A program made the translations under genes and the position numbers. Positions 9,644-22,119 of a stretch of DNA of 64,000 nt are shown here, piece after piece. How positions within the stretch are numbered: the stretch's first letter is position 1; each line of letters opens with the position of its first letter. This stretch comes from an uncultured Chloroflexia bacterium (GTDB taxonomy: Bacteria; Chloroflexota; UBA6077; JACCZL01): contig CAVXYC010000027.1 of NCBI GenBank assembly GCA_963765765.1, positions 96,001 through 160,000 on the forward strand, written 5' to 3'. A model generated the notes under the pieces. That model was not told the DNA's origin and did no database searches. It saw nothing but the letters and a program-made list of their open reading frames with translations.

Positions 9644-9898
9644 ATGCTCTGGATTTCAATAGGGGCGTATTTCATGGGGCTCGTTGCCGGAGTCTTCGCG
9701 AGCCAGGTACTGGACGTCCAGCTCCGCCGACCGGGAGTTAAGCTCTCGATCGTACTGGCGATGCTCGGCACACTCCTTACGATCTTCCTGATCAACACCA
9801 ATACCACGATGCCAGACTGGCTGCTCATGATCCTGTGGGTAGGCATCGGTCTGCTTGCTGGACTGGGAAGCCGGGACCCGCGCTCGGTAAGCATTTAG
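9644..9898 (+). CDS. small three-TM membrane protein
   Basis: Three hydrophobic segments; ATG starts 2 nt after the DsrE TAA. Confidence 0.7.
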   Translation: MLWISIGAYFMGLVAGVFASQVLDVQLRRPGVKLSIVLAMLGTLLTIFLINTNTTMPDWLLMILWVGIGLLAGLGSRDPRSVSI

Positions 9899-9949
9899 CA
9901 CGTTACTGGGGACGCAGATGATGGCAAAGCCTCGGACCTCTGCCCGGTA

Positions 9950-11215
9950 TCAACCGTTTACTGCCACTTGGTGATTTGTTGATCGGCCCGCGAGCCACAC
10001 CAGTATCGCGGCGAGAATCATGGCTATTCCGGCTCCGGAATAGAGCCAGTGGAGTCCATACCCAACCATGAGGCCTGAGATGTAGGGACTCGCAGCCCAG
10101 CCCAGCATGCCGATGCTGGTGGCAACACCAACCGCCGTAGACCGTTGAGATGCCGGAGCCTGATGGGCCGCGGCGCTGAATGCCAGCGTGGGAACGGCCC
10201 CAGCAACGAGCGCGATGAGAATCCGGACCGCGACGAACTGCCACCACAGGGTCACGAATAGAAGTCCGAAGACCAGCACAGCCGCGATGGCCAGCGCGGG
10301 CGCGATGAAGGTAAACGCCGGGATGCGACCATCGAGTCGTCCGGCGAGATTTGCTGCAACCACCACAGCTAGCCCAGCGAAAGAAACGCCTGCGCCAGCG
10401 ATGAGCGTGAGCGACTCCTCAGGAGCGCCCAGCGGCCCGATGACCACGGGCAGCAGCGACATGAAGCTGCCGTCCACAAAGTTCGCGATGAAGAGCGCCG
10501 CCAATGGCGCCCAGAATCGCAACGTGCGAGGCCTGGCGCCTGAGGGTTCTCCGGCCCGTGGAGGCGACGCCTCCACGGGAGGCGGATTGCGATACATCAT
10601 TCCAGTGACGATGCAAGCCATTCCAAACAACCCCGCGGCCACGACGAAGCTCGCACGAAAGCCAAATACCGTCGCCAGCGCGCCACCCAGAAGCGGCCCG
10701 AGCGTCGGCCCGAATTGTTGCGCTGACTGAAGCATTGCGATCGCTCGCCCCAGCTCATGACGTCGGGATGACGCCGTGATCGCTGCCATCGATGCGACAG
10801 GTATCCCGCCGAACAGGCCGATAATGATTCGATCAAGGACCAGGTGAATGGGATGCGTCGCAAAGGCCATAAGCGCCGTGGCAAAACCAATGAATGCGAC
10901 CGAACGCATAAGCATGGCCTTCTGGCCTACCCGCTGACCGATCCAGACCCAGAGCGGCCCGGTAGAGGCAGAGAGAAGCGGCGAGACACCAATTGCGAGC
11001 CCAGACCAGGCCGCCGCCTCGGCAAGATCACCATCAATGAGTGTGTGGATATAGAGGGGAAAAATCGGCATTACAAAGAGAAAGCCGATCGATGCAATGG
11101 CCGAAGCGAGGCATGTGACCAGGACGTTCCGCCGCCGAGCGCTCGCCGGAAAACCGGCATCATCGCCCTGTTCGACGATTGTCGACTTCAGATTGGCGGT
11201 GGACTCTTCAATCAT
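9950..11215 (-). CDS. MFS transporter (DHA1/MdtG-like)
   Basis: About 12 TM segments; QFGPTLGPLLGG motif C region. Confidence 0.88.
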   Translation of the reverse strand: MIEESTANLKSTIVEQGDDAGFPASARRRNVLVTCLASAIASIGFLFVMPIFPLYIHTLIDGDLAEAAAWSGLAIGVSPLLSASTGPLWVWIGQRVGQKAMLMRSVAFIGFATALMAFATHPIHLVLDRIIIGLFGGIPVASMAAITASSRRHELGRAIAMLQSAQQFGPTLGPLLGGALATVFGFRASFVVAAGLFGMACIVTGMMYRNPPPVEASPPRAGEPSGARPRTLRFWAPLAALFIANFVDGSFMSLLPVVIGPLGAPEESLTLIAGAGVSFAGLAVVVAANLAGRLDGRIPAFTFIAPALAIAAVLVFGLLFVTLWWQFVAVRILIALVAGAVPTLAFSAAAHQAPASQRSTAVGVATSIGMLGWAASPYISGLMVGYGLHWLYSGAGIAMILAAILVWLAGRSTNHQVAVNG

Positions 11216-11287
11216 GATGAGACGCTCTGATCGCTAAGTCGGCGAAGACTCATGGCGTCAGGTATGAAGGACATGCGAATACAGAAC

Positions 11288-11325
11288 ATACGGTAAGGGG
11301 GAGTTTAAGCTCCCTCTTACCGTAT
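11288..11325. other. strong hairpin between the FecR-domain gene and the MFS gene
   Basis: ATACGGTAAGGGGGAG-TTTAAG-CTCCCTCTTACCGTAT. Confidence 0.6.
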
Positions 11326-11429
11326 CACGACCATGCGCGTGCTGGCCTTTCCAGTTGCGGGACCGCCGATATCCGCTCGACTCGGCCGGACTCGGGCCAG
11401 CGACATTCCCTTCGGGAGGCACCGCGGAC

Positions 11430-12131
11430 CTAATTCTTGCCGCGCTCCCGCTCCGTTTCTTCCCGGTCACTCTCGTCTTCCTGGCCCTCGCTCCCACCAC
11501 TCGAAACGTCCTCGGCCACCGCGTTGAACAGGGAGGAGCCAAGAGGGAACTTTCCATTCTGCACGGCGCCCCTGGGCGTAACCCACCGGCGCTCTCCCGG
11601 GCCAAGCTGCTGGCCCGGGCCGGGAAAGTCCACCGTGCCATCAGCAACGGCAACAGATACGTCTCCGGCCGGGTCTCTCCGATGTCCAAATTCCGTCCCC
11701 CGGACGGCCGCCACCGTATTGGGCGTCTCGATGAGGTAATAGGACACAGGATCGGTGAACTGGATGACGCGGTGCACGGATGAGCCAACGATACTTTCGA
11801 TCCGGAAGCTCAGTGACGTGCCCTGGCGGGACATCTCGCGGATGATGATCGCCGCGTCCGAGCCCAGCTCAATCTCAGAGCCATCGAAGAACGTGACCAG
11901 GGCGCCGGAGCCCGCGAGGGTCGCGACTTGATCATTGACGCCCAGCATCAGACCACTGGGCGCTGGCGATAGTGGCGAACCGTCGGCCTTGAGCACGGCC
12001 GCGGAGCCGCGCAGCACCGTCAGGCTCGCACCGGTGTTGCGCTGAGCATGACTCGTCAACGGAGCGAACATGGTCACCATCGCGATGCATATTCCCAGCG
12101 CCGTGATTCCAAAGAGCCTGAATGCGCTCAT
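11430..12131 (-). CDS. secreted FecR-domain protein
   Basis: Signal peptide ending SHA-Q; ALVTFFDGSEIELGSDA, IETPNTVAAVRGTEF; GGAGG RBS. Confidence 0.8.
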   Translation of the reverse strand: MSAFRLFGITALGICIAMVTMFAPLTSHAQRNTGASLTVLRGSAAVLKADGSPLSPAPSGLMLGVNDQVATLAGSGALVTFFDGSEIELGSDAAIIIREMSRQGTSLSFRIESIVGSSVHRVIQFTDPVSYYLIETPNTVAAVRGTEFGHRRDPAGDVSVAVADGTVDFPGPGQQLGPGERRWVTPRGAVQNGKFPLGSSLFNAVAEDVSSGGSEGQEDESDREETERERGKN

Positions 12132-12215
12132 GCCCTGCCACCTCCACACCACCCGAGCGGCGTCGCCGAATCCTACACATTCAATTGAAGGGCGGCATCC
12201 CAAGAGCCGCGGCTT

Positions 12216-13415
12216 CTAGCTGGTAAGAGCTTGTCGCAGATCGCCCGACGAAGTTGTTATGACGTCAATTAACCTTCGGTCGAAGACGGATGGATCCTTG
12301 AGCCCGTGACCGGTGAGGATAAGTGTGACCCGCTCCGACGGCCCTACAAGGCCTCGGCGAAGCGCGCTGGTGAGACCGGCGAGGCTGGCGGCTGCATCCG
12401 GCTGAACAAACATGCCTTCCTCTTCGGCCAGGAGCGCCTGAGCGGCCTCAATCTCACGATCAGACACGGCAATCACCATCCCGCGTTCACCGACCCTCAG
12501 CTCACGCAGCAAGCGCGCGCCACTGGGCGGGTTTGGGTTGCTGATGGCGTGCGCAATCGTATGGGGCTGGCCCACACTCGCCGGGATCAGTTGAGATTCG
12601 TCGTATGCCGTTGCAATGGGTGCGCATCCTGTGGATTGGACGCAGAGCAATCTCGGTAAGGACTCGCAGAGTCCCGCCTGCGCCCACTCTCGAAAACCTT
12701 TCAGGAGTGCCGACGCATTTCCTCCTGAGCTTACGGGCACCACAACGACGTCCGGCGGCTCCTGAGCACATTGCTGAAGAAGCTCCAGCGCGAGTGTCTT
12801 TTGACCTTCGACCCGAAACGGATCGTCCGAGTTGATGAAGTAAGTACCGGTTGTCTGTCGAAGTCGGATCGACGTGTCATAAGCGTCACCGTAGCCATCG
12901 GTAAGGCGGAGCAGAACAGGTCGGTGGATGCCAATTGGACCGAGCTTCTGAGAAGGAATGTCCGGACTCGTGATGACCGTGCAGGGCAGGCCAGCTCGCG
13001 CCGCGAATGCCGCGACCGAGCCTCCCATGTTGCCCGTGGAGACGGTGCCAATGCGCCGAATCCCGCGAGCCATACTCCAGGCCACACCGGCCACGGTGCC
13101 ACGATCCTTGAACGAGCCGGTTGGGTTCTGCCCTTCCACTTTCAGGCTGAGCGAGCCGATTCTCAGAATCGCACCAATCTGCCTGGCACGTATCAGAGGC
13201 GTATTTCCCTCTCCGAGGCTCAGATGAGGGTCGATGTCGGAGAACGGCAGGAACTCCTGAAATCGTTCAAGGAGGGTTCCATTTGTGTGCAGCCGTGCAT
13301 CGCGCACGTCTCCTCGGACTTCGACCGGTTCATTGCAGACCTGGCAGCGCTGAGTCAGGCTGTCAATCGCATAGTTAGCGCCACAAGCGGTGCAGACGAG
13401 GGAGGCGTTTCGCAT
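12216..13415 (-). CDS. thrC: threonine synthase (PLP fold II)
   Basis: LGEGNTPL, NPTGSFKDRG, STGNMG, LTGHGLKDP. Confidence 0.88.
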   Translation of the reverse strand: MRNASLVCTACGANYAIDSLTQRCQVCNEPVEVRGDVRDARLHTNGTLLERFQEFLPFSDIDPHLSLGEGNTPLIRARQIGAILRIGSLSLKVEGQNPTGSFKDRGTVAGVAWSMARGIRRIGTVSTGNMGGSVAAFAARAGLPCTVITSPDIPSQKLGPIGIHRPVLLRLTDGYGDAYDTSIRLRQTTGTYFINSDDPFRVEGQKTLALELLQQCAQEPPDVVVVPVSSGGNASALLKGFREWAQAGLCESLPRLLCVQSTGCAPIATAYDESQLIPASVGQPHTIAHAISNPNPPSGARLLRELRVGERGMVIAVSDREIEAAQALLAEEEGMFVQPDAAASLAGLTSALRRGLVGPSERVTLILTGHGLKDPSVFDRRLIDVITTSSGDLRQALTS

Positions 13416-13458
13416 GACGCGATTGTATAGAAGGGCCTCAGACAGCCCGGGCGACTGT

Positions 13459-15603
13459 CTATGGGTTCGCGTTAGGAGCGGATGCGATCATCCCCGCATC
13501 CGCTTCGGCGTCTGGTGGAACCATCGGTAACCGGACGATGAAGGTAGCTCCACCACCTGGTGTCGGCTCGTAGCGAATCGTACCGCCATGCGCATCCACG
13601 ATTTGACGCGTGATGTACAACCCGAGTCCAGTTCCCTCGATGGGACTCTCACGAGCCGTCACGGTCCTACTGAACGGACGAAAGAGCATGTCCCGCTCGT
13701 CCTCGGTGATGCCCATGCCATGGTCTGCAACACGGAGCTCAGCCCAGTCGCCCGCTCGGTCAAGGACGATGTCAACATCACCACCATCCGGACTGTACTT
13801 GACCGCGTTTGAAAGCAGATTCGTCAAAACCTGGTCGAGCCGGGACTCATCTCCCTGAAACAGCAGCGCGCCAGTCGCGAGACGTAGATGGATCTGATGC
13901 CCTGAGTCCTCTGGTAAAGCGTCGGTCGTTCTTTCAACAGCGGCCGAGACGAGCTCATTCAAATTCACCGTTTGCCGGCGAATAGTTGGGCCGCTCCTCT
14001 GCAAGCGCGACACTTCCAGAAGATCGTTGATGAGGTCACCGGCGCGGTCAACCTGTCGAATCATCCCTCGAACGCTCCGCTGTAATCGCTCAGTGTCCTC
14101 GCCGCCTTCTCGGCGGCTGAGAACACGGTCAATCATCTGCGCGGCTAACGCCAACGCAGTCAGTGGCGTCTTTAGCTCGTGGCTGGCGGTTGATAGGAAC
14201 TCGTCCTTCTCGCGTTCCATACGCAGGCGAGTGTGCACCGCGTCGGTTGTCTCCACCGCGATGACCAGTACCCCATCGGGATGCCCGTGGACGTCATCGT
14301 ATGGGGCATAAACAATCGTAAAATAGCGCTCTTCGTTCGTGGAGCTCGGCGTTGCGAACATACGCGCCTGGTCGATCGCCGTGAATTCACGCCCTGTCGG
14401 TGAATGCCTCATTGAGACGATCGACCAGGCCTTGCTTGATGACTTCAGGAAAAATCTCCGCCATCGTTTTCCCCACCATGTCTGTGCCGGGCTTCAACAT
14501 CTGGTAGCTTGGGTTGACGGATAGCACTCGATGATCGGGCCCCTGGGTAATCGCAATCGGGATAGGCGCTGAGACGATCAAGCGTTCGAGAAATCGGCGT
14601 CGCTGCTCATTCTCGCTGGTCACCACTTCCAGCTCGGCCGCGTAGCGCTCACTGGCCGTTCGGGCCGTTCGCTCCCGCTCGTACGATTCAGAAAGGCGGG
14701 TGCCCAGGTAAGCTCCGATCGTGATAGCGATGCACGCGGCAGTGGCTAGGAGGCCCGCTCCAGTGGCGAGGTCCCGCCAAGCGGCGTCCAGTGCCAGCGC
14801 GGTGGGCTGCTGAATGAGCAGCGCCCACTGCGTACCCGGAACAGGCGCATAGGCGCTGAGAATCTGCTGGCCATCCATATCTCGATCGACAACGCTTCCC
14901 GCCGCCCCACCAAGCGCCGCATCGACGTCATGTCGACCCCGAAGAGACGGCATCCGCTGCACGACCGAAGGGTCCGGGTGCAAGATGACCTGGCCGGCGG
15001 CATCGACGATGAGAATCGACACACCTCGTTCCGCGAGGTGCGCCTGGAGGTCCTCGCTGAGCCGCTGCATCGACACGCTTCCAACCAGCACAGCCGGCGG
15101 ACCTTCTGTGAAGTCCTCACGCGTGGCCAGTATCAGCGTTGGCTGCTGGGAGATCCGTCCCTGTAAAGCAACTCGGCTGACGGCGGTTCGCTGTGCTAGC
15201 GCGTCTCGGAAATATTCTCGGTCGCCTATTTGAACAGTGCGTGACGGAAGCCCGGATCGCTTGCGGCAATGTTCCCACCGGAGTAGTCAAAAAGTATGAG
15301 CTGGCTGATATTGGACTCAGCATCCACCAAGTCCCGTAGCTCTTGTCCTTCCACGTCAGCGCCCTGTCTGAACTGCGCGGAAATGGCCTGGCCAGCAAGG
15401 CGCAAGCTCCTGAGATCGGCGTTGATTGATTGGCCGGCGGTCAATGCCGCGGCGCGTGCTAGCGCGACACGCTCCGTGCTAACTCGGTCCTGCGCTTCGC
15501 CAACGCTCTGCCAGAGGTTGACAGCGGCCAGCAATAGCAGCGGCAAGCTCACCAGAGCGATGATTCCGAATACTCGCGTGCGCTCCGACACGCCAAATGT
15601 CAT
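13459..15603 (-). CDS. sensor histidine kinase (TM-Cache-TM-PAS-HisKA-HATPase), split by two frameshifts near 15240 and 14400
   Basis: Three frames join: N-terminal TM, then DREYF Cache segment and PAS, then ASHELKTPLT, NLLSNAVKYS, GTGLGLYI. Confidence 0.82.
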
Positions 15604-15672
15604 GGAAATCTCAAGTCAAGAGCTGCTGGCCGGACATTCGCCGCGCACACGTGGCTCGTGTCAACTCGCCAG

Positions 15673-15886
15673 TCAGGGATTTCGTATCGTAATGACCACA
15701 GACCGGCCGTTCGGTGTGGAGGAGGCAGACCATAGGATTGTGCCAATGACCACCAGCAGCACAAGCGCGGCCGCGATCATGGCTATGAGACTCTGGCTCT
15801 CTTTTGGCCTCTGTGTTTACCTTCGAAGGGCTCGCATCGATCACCGCCCCCTCTGCCGCTGTTTCGGAAATAGTCTCAGCACTCAA
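15673..15886 (-). CDS. possible small single-TM protein (one frameshift)
   Basis: ATG overlaps the upstream stop; an alternative frame gives LIAMIAAALVLLVVIGTILW then TGA at 15673. Confidence 0.35.
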
Positions 15887-17447
15887 TGAGAGTCGCTCCC
15901 CCCAGGAGTCAATCGAAACGCCCCATACCGTCGGCCGCTACCTGATGCCGAAAGCTCTATGGCCCCGGTTGCGGTGATATTCGCCAATCGATCCACCTGT
16001 TGCCGTTTTCGAACATCCATGATTACGACTGCGCTTTGCCCGTAGCGCGGCGTATTCCCGGATACCATCGGCATTGAGCTTCGCCACTTCATACCGCAGG
16101 CCACGCGCCTCGAGCAGCATACGTAACGCCTTCAGGTCGTTCCCTCCGCCGGTGAGCGGCTCTTGCTCCAGAACCTCATCGAGAAATACGAGATCGCCCG
16201 ATTGGAAGAGAGCCCTGGCGCTATCTGCGAGCGAGTAAAGCGGAGCATTTGTCCGATCATCCGCCAGTACTTCCTGGTAGTACCAGTGAAGGTGAATGAG
16301 CGGGAAGCATACAGCGAGCACGCCGAGACTGGCTCGCACGGTCCGCGCCGACGGAAGTCTCTGTGCAATCCAATCGATTGCTACACCGATAGCAATGAAG
16401 CAGAACGGCAGCAGCGGTATAAGGTATCGCCCGCTCAAAATGGGTCCGTAACGCGGGATTGAAATAGGGGAGAACCAGGACGGCTGACGCGCAAAACAGG
16501 AGCGGCAGCCACATATTGCGGGCTGCCAGTAGCCCGAGACCGAGAGCAGCCGCGAGACTGTAAATGAAGCGCGATGGACTGTTGGCGATATCGATGGTGC
16601 CGCTGAGCAGCCGTGCAAGCGACTGTAGCAACGCTTGCATATTCGTGAGATAGAAGGTCAGATCCGCTCGCTTGCCTTCGGTGTAGCCCTCCTGCAAATG
16701 CTGAGCATGGACGAACGAATAGAAGTTATTTTGAACGTTGTAGAGAATCATGTTGCTGTAGCCGATAAGCACCCCGGCTATCGCACCCAGAATCCATGGG
16801 CTGACGAGAAGTTTCGGCCGACCAATCAACAGCGCCAAGCCTAGACCGGGTGCAAAGGCAATGACGGAAATGTGTGATTGCATCGCCAGGGCAAAAAGAA
16901 ATCCCGCGGCGACGAGATACCGGCCGTTGTCGCGCTGAATCGCCCGTAAGAGCACCCAGACCACGAGCATGAGCAGCAACGGGGTCGTTCCATTGGAACG
17001 CGCCGTATGACTGGTGATGATGATGTGGCCACCAGATGTGAGCATGAGGGCAGCGCCCACGAATCCGGCCCATCGCCCCGCGATCTCCCGGCCGATCAGG
17101 TAGGTGAGCCCGACCGTGGCCGCTGCGAGAATCGTGGCGACCAGTCGTGGGGCCCAGTCGGAGATCCCCACGACTTTAAACACAGCGGCGAGCAGGTAGC
17201 TCCACAACGGACCGTAATACGAATCCACCGCGGTGAGCGGAAGAATCTCACCGCGCGTGATCGAAAGAGCCCAGAGGATTTCCTGAAGCTCATCCGTCAG
17301 CCTCGGTATGTCCCAGAGGTACGGAAGCCGCAGAATGAATGCGAAGAGAGCGAGACCGCCTGCGATGAGGGCATCGCGGGCGCCCTCCGACGCGATCATA
17401 GGACCAGCCCTGGGACGAGCAGCGCTTTGCGCTAGGACACCAGCCAC
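15883..17447 (-). CDS. GT-C (ArnT/PMT-like) membrane glycosyltransferase, two frameshifts near 16455 and 16050
   Basis: PRLTDE acidic loop, many TM segments; joined frames align with the intact paralog at 24049-25740 (GRYLIPLLP vs GRYVSPLLP). Confidence 0.8.
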
Positions 17448-17489
17448 GAGGTTAGTCTAACGATACAGGCCCCGCCGCGGCCTCAACAG

Positions 17490-17543
17490 TCCATCACGCC
17501 GTAGAGCGGGCGGACAGGGACGCCCGCTCTACGGCGTGATGGA
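17490..17543. repeat. 23-bp perfect inverted repeat with GTAG/CTAC (REP-like or terminator)
   Basis: TCCATCACGCCGTAGAGCGGGCG-gacaggga-CGCCCGCTCTACGGCGTGATGGA just downstream of fgd. Confidence 0.65.
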
Positions 17544-17551
17544 GGATTTCG

Positions 17552-18547
17552 CTATTTCGACCGCAGCTTGGGCAGTACCTGCTCGGAGAACTGCTTGATG
17601 AAGCGCGTCTGGTCATCTCCTGGATGATGGAACACCAGGTGGGTGAAGCCGAGGTCGAGATACGGCTGAATGGCCGCCACCACCTCGTCAGGCTCACTGG
17701 CGACAATCCAGCGCTTATGAGCATACGGCTCCGCGAGCCGGGCTTTTTCTTCCATATCTCTGGGATTGTCGATACCCACCTTGTCTTCCGGCGCCAGCGC
17801 CAGAGCAGCCCAGATCTTGGTGTCCTCCATGGCCTGATTCTTATCAGAGTCATAGGAGACTTTAATCTCGATCAATCGCTCCACCGTACCTTCAGGTCGA
17901 TTGGCTTGAGCCTCGCCCTCTCTGACCGCTGGAATAAGCGTCTCGCGATACAGCTCCCAGTTTTTTCCGCTGGTGCAAATAAATCCCTCAGCCTCGCGCC
18001 CAGCGAGTTTGGCCGCCGCGGGGCCGGCCGCCGCGACGTACACCGGCACTGGCTTCTCCGGTCGATCGTAGATCGTGGCCTTGTACGTCTTATAGAACTG
18101 ACCTTCGAAGGTGACCAGATCATCCGTCCAGAGCTTTTTCATCAGCGCGATGGCCTCTTTGAGACGCGCAAATCGCTCCGAAGTGGCTGGCCACTCAACG
18201 CCGGTGGCGGTCACCTCGTTCATCCCCTCGCCCGTGCCAACGCCTAGGAGAACTCGATCGGGGAACATAGCGCCCAGTGTGCCCATGGCCTGCGCTACGA
18301 TCGACGGGTGGTAGCGAAACGTGGGTGTCACCACGCTGGTTCCGATGGCAATGGACTTCGTAGCCTGCCCTGCCGCGCCCATCCATGAGAACGAGTACGG
18401 GGAATGGCCGTCTGTATGCCGCCACGGCGAGAAGTGATCGCTTACCCAGACGCTGTCAAACCCATGCTCCTCGGCGAGCACGCTGAAATCGATGAGCTCC
18501 CGCGGCCCGAACTGTTCGGCCGAGGCTTTGTATCCAAGCTTGAGCAT
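17552..18547 (-). CDS. fgd: F420-dependent glucose-6-phosphate (sugar-6-phosphate) dehydrogenase, LLM family
   Basis: LKLGYKASAEQFGPREL, SDHFSPWRH, GVGTGEGMNE, FICTSGK, LVFHHPGDDQ. Confidence 0.88.
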   Translation of the reverse strand: MLKLGYKASAEQFGPRELIDFSVLAEEHGFDSVWVSDHFSPWRHTDGHSPYSFSWMGAAGQATKSIAIGTSVVTPTFRYHPSIVAQAMGTLGAMFPDRVLLGVGTGEGMNEVTATGVEWPATSERFARLKEAIALMKKLWTDDLVTFEGQFYKTYKATIYDRPEKPVPVYVAAAGPAAAKLAGREAEGFICTSGKNWELYRETLIPAVREGEAQANRPEGTVERLIEIKVSYDSDKNQAMEDTKIWAALALAPEDKVGIDNPRDMEEKARLAEPYAHKRWIVASEPDEVVAAIQPYLDLGFTHLVFHHPGDDQTRFIKQFSEQVLPKLRSK

Positions 18548-18642
18548 GTGTTAGTTCCTTTTATCGACTGCCCCGACTCTCACGACAACCAATTCGGACT
18601 GTAGCACCCACCCCCAGCACCTTCAAGTCACGTGCCAGCGCA

Positions 18643-18824
18643 GGGTGTGCCCAGAACTTGTGCAACCCGTCCGGGCAGGGCAGTGACTTGTGATAGGACT
18701 CGCGGCAGGGGTGGGACAGGCACCTCACCTAACCGGTCTCCGCTTTCGCCAGGCAGAACGGACAGGCCAGGCGCCTCTCTCACGAGTACGAGCCGAAGAA
18801 ATGTCACAAGTTTTGGGCGCACCC
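18643..18824. mobile_element. 182-bp MITE with 20-bp TIRs and a 9-bp target-site duplication
   Basis: TIRs GGGTGTGCCCAGAACTTGTG (18643-18662) and CACAAGTTTTGGGCGCACCC (18805-18824), 18/20 match; GCCAGCGCA at 18634-18642 and 18825-18833. Confidence 0.85.
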
Positions 18825-18852
18825 GCCAGCGCATCCGGTCGGCCAGAAGCCA

Positions 18853-19380
18853 TCAATCTTTGAGCCCAATCTCCGTGATGAGCTCATAGCCGCAGAGATC
18901 GGTACGGCGCCCCAACCCCAACTGGTCGAGCTCCGACCGTTGGGACAATCGCCAGAGCGACATCAGAGAGACGGTTCCAGACGTCTGGGCCATGTCGCGA
19001 AATTGCGCCTGCGGAGGAGTTGGGAATCCCGGCGATGAAGAATCAGTCATTGCGCGCGCCAAGAACTGCCCCGTTCCAAAGCTCTGAACCGCGACCGTTG
19101 ATAACCATTCCTGGACGGCAGTGTTTTCCCACAGCGGTGTCGGGGGGCGATTCGCAGCGAACGCCTTCGCCGCGTCCGAGGCGCGGTAACGAGCGTGAGC
19201 TTCGGCATCCCGCCATGCACGGGTGACCATGTACTTCGAGAGATCGCTCACATCCGCCCACATCTGAGCACTCAAAAAACCATCAGCCTTCGACATCAGA
19301 CAGTGAAGGCGACTGAGACGTTCAACTGCCTGGTTACGCAGATTTGGAGACACAGTCTTCAACTCGAGATGGACGTACAT
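18853..19380 (-). CDS. antibiotic biosynthesis monooxygenase (ABM) domain protein
   Basis: KADGFLSAQMW...YMVTRAWRDAEAHARYRAS; GGAG RBS before ATG 19380. Confidence 0.7.
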   Translation of the reverse strand: MYVHLELKTVSPNLRNQAVERLSRLHCLMSKADGFLSAQMWADVSDLSKYMVTRAWRDAEAHARYRASDAAKAFAANRPPTPLWENTAVQEWLSTVAVQSFGTGQFLARAMTDSSSPGFPTPPQAQFRDMAQTSGTVSLMSLWRLSQRSELDQLGLGRRTDLCGYELITEIGLKD

Positions 19381-19463
19381 CAAATTTCTCCCTGGCAGTG
19401 TCACTAGGCGCGAAATTTTCGAACCGCCTGAGCGGCGAGCCGCGTCGTCCGGCGGCCCTTTGA

Positions 19464-21579
<2,116 letters not shown>

Positions 21580-21603
21580 GAACTCCGTTACACTGGCCGG
21601 GAC

Positions 21604-22119
21604 ATGGCTTCACCGGCACCCATCCCAGCTCCGGGCGACATCCTCACCGTCCGGAAACTGCTCCATGGTGGAGACCCTAGCTATGTCTGGGATGGAACCG
21701 TCATCCACTCCACGGACGAACTGCTTGTCATCGAGGCGAGGTTCACGCGCGGACCGCGCGATCTCGGTTACGTCGTGCTCGAGCCCAACGATCTATTCGT
21801 CGAGTTCTATTACTACGACCACTGGTTCAACATCTTCCAGATCTTTTCTGATGGCGGCGTACTGAAAGGCTGGTACTGCAACATCGGGAGACCACCCACG
21901 CTTCATCCCGGCGAGCTTCACTACATTGATCTGGCACTTGATCTCTTCGTGTATCCCGACGGTCGTGAGGTCGTCCTGGACGAGGACGAATTTCAGGAGC
22001 TGAGTCGGGAAGCGTACGCGCAAGCCGATATTGACGGCGCAATTCAGGGTCTGGCAGAGCTGCAGAACTGGACACGCGATCGCAAGCTGCCGGATCGCAG
22101 CTTGCTTCCCACGTGGTGA
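21604..22119 (+). CDS. DUF402 domain protein
   Basis: WFNIFQIF...GWYCNIGRPP...YIDLALDLFV...VLDEDEF. Confidence 0.85.
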   Translation: MASPAPIPAPGDILTVRKLLHGGDPSYVWDGTVIHSTDELLVIEARFTRGPRDLGYVVLEPNDLFVEFYYYDHWFNIFQIFSDGGVLKGWYCNIGRPPTLHPGELHYIDLALDLFVYPDGREVVLDEDEFQELSREAYAQADIDGAIQGLAELQNWTRDRKLPDRSLLPTW

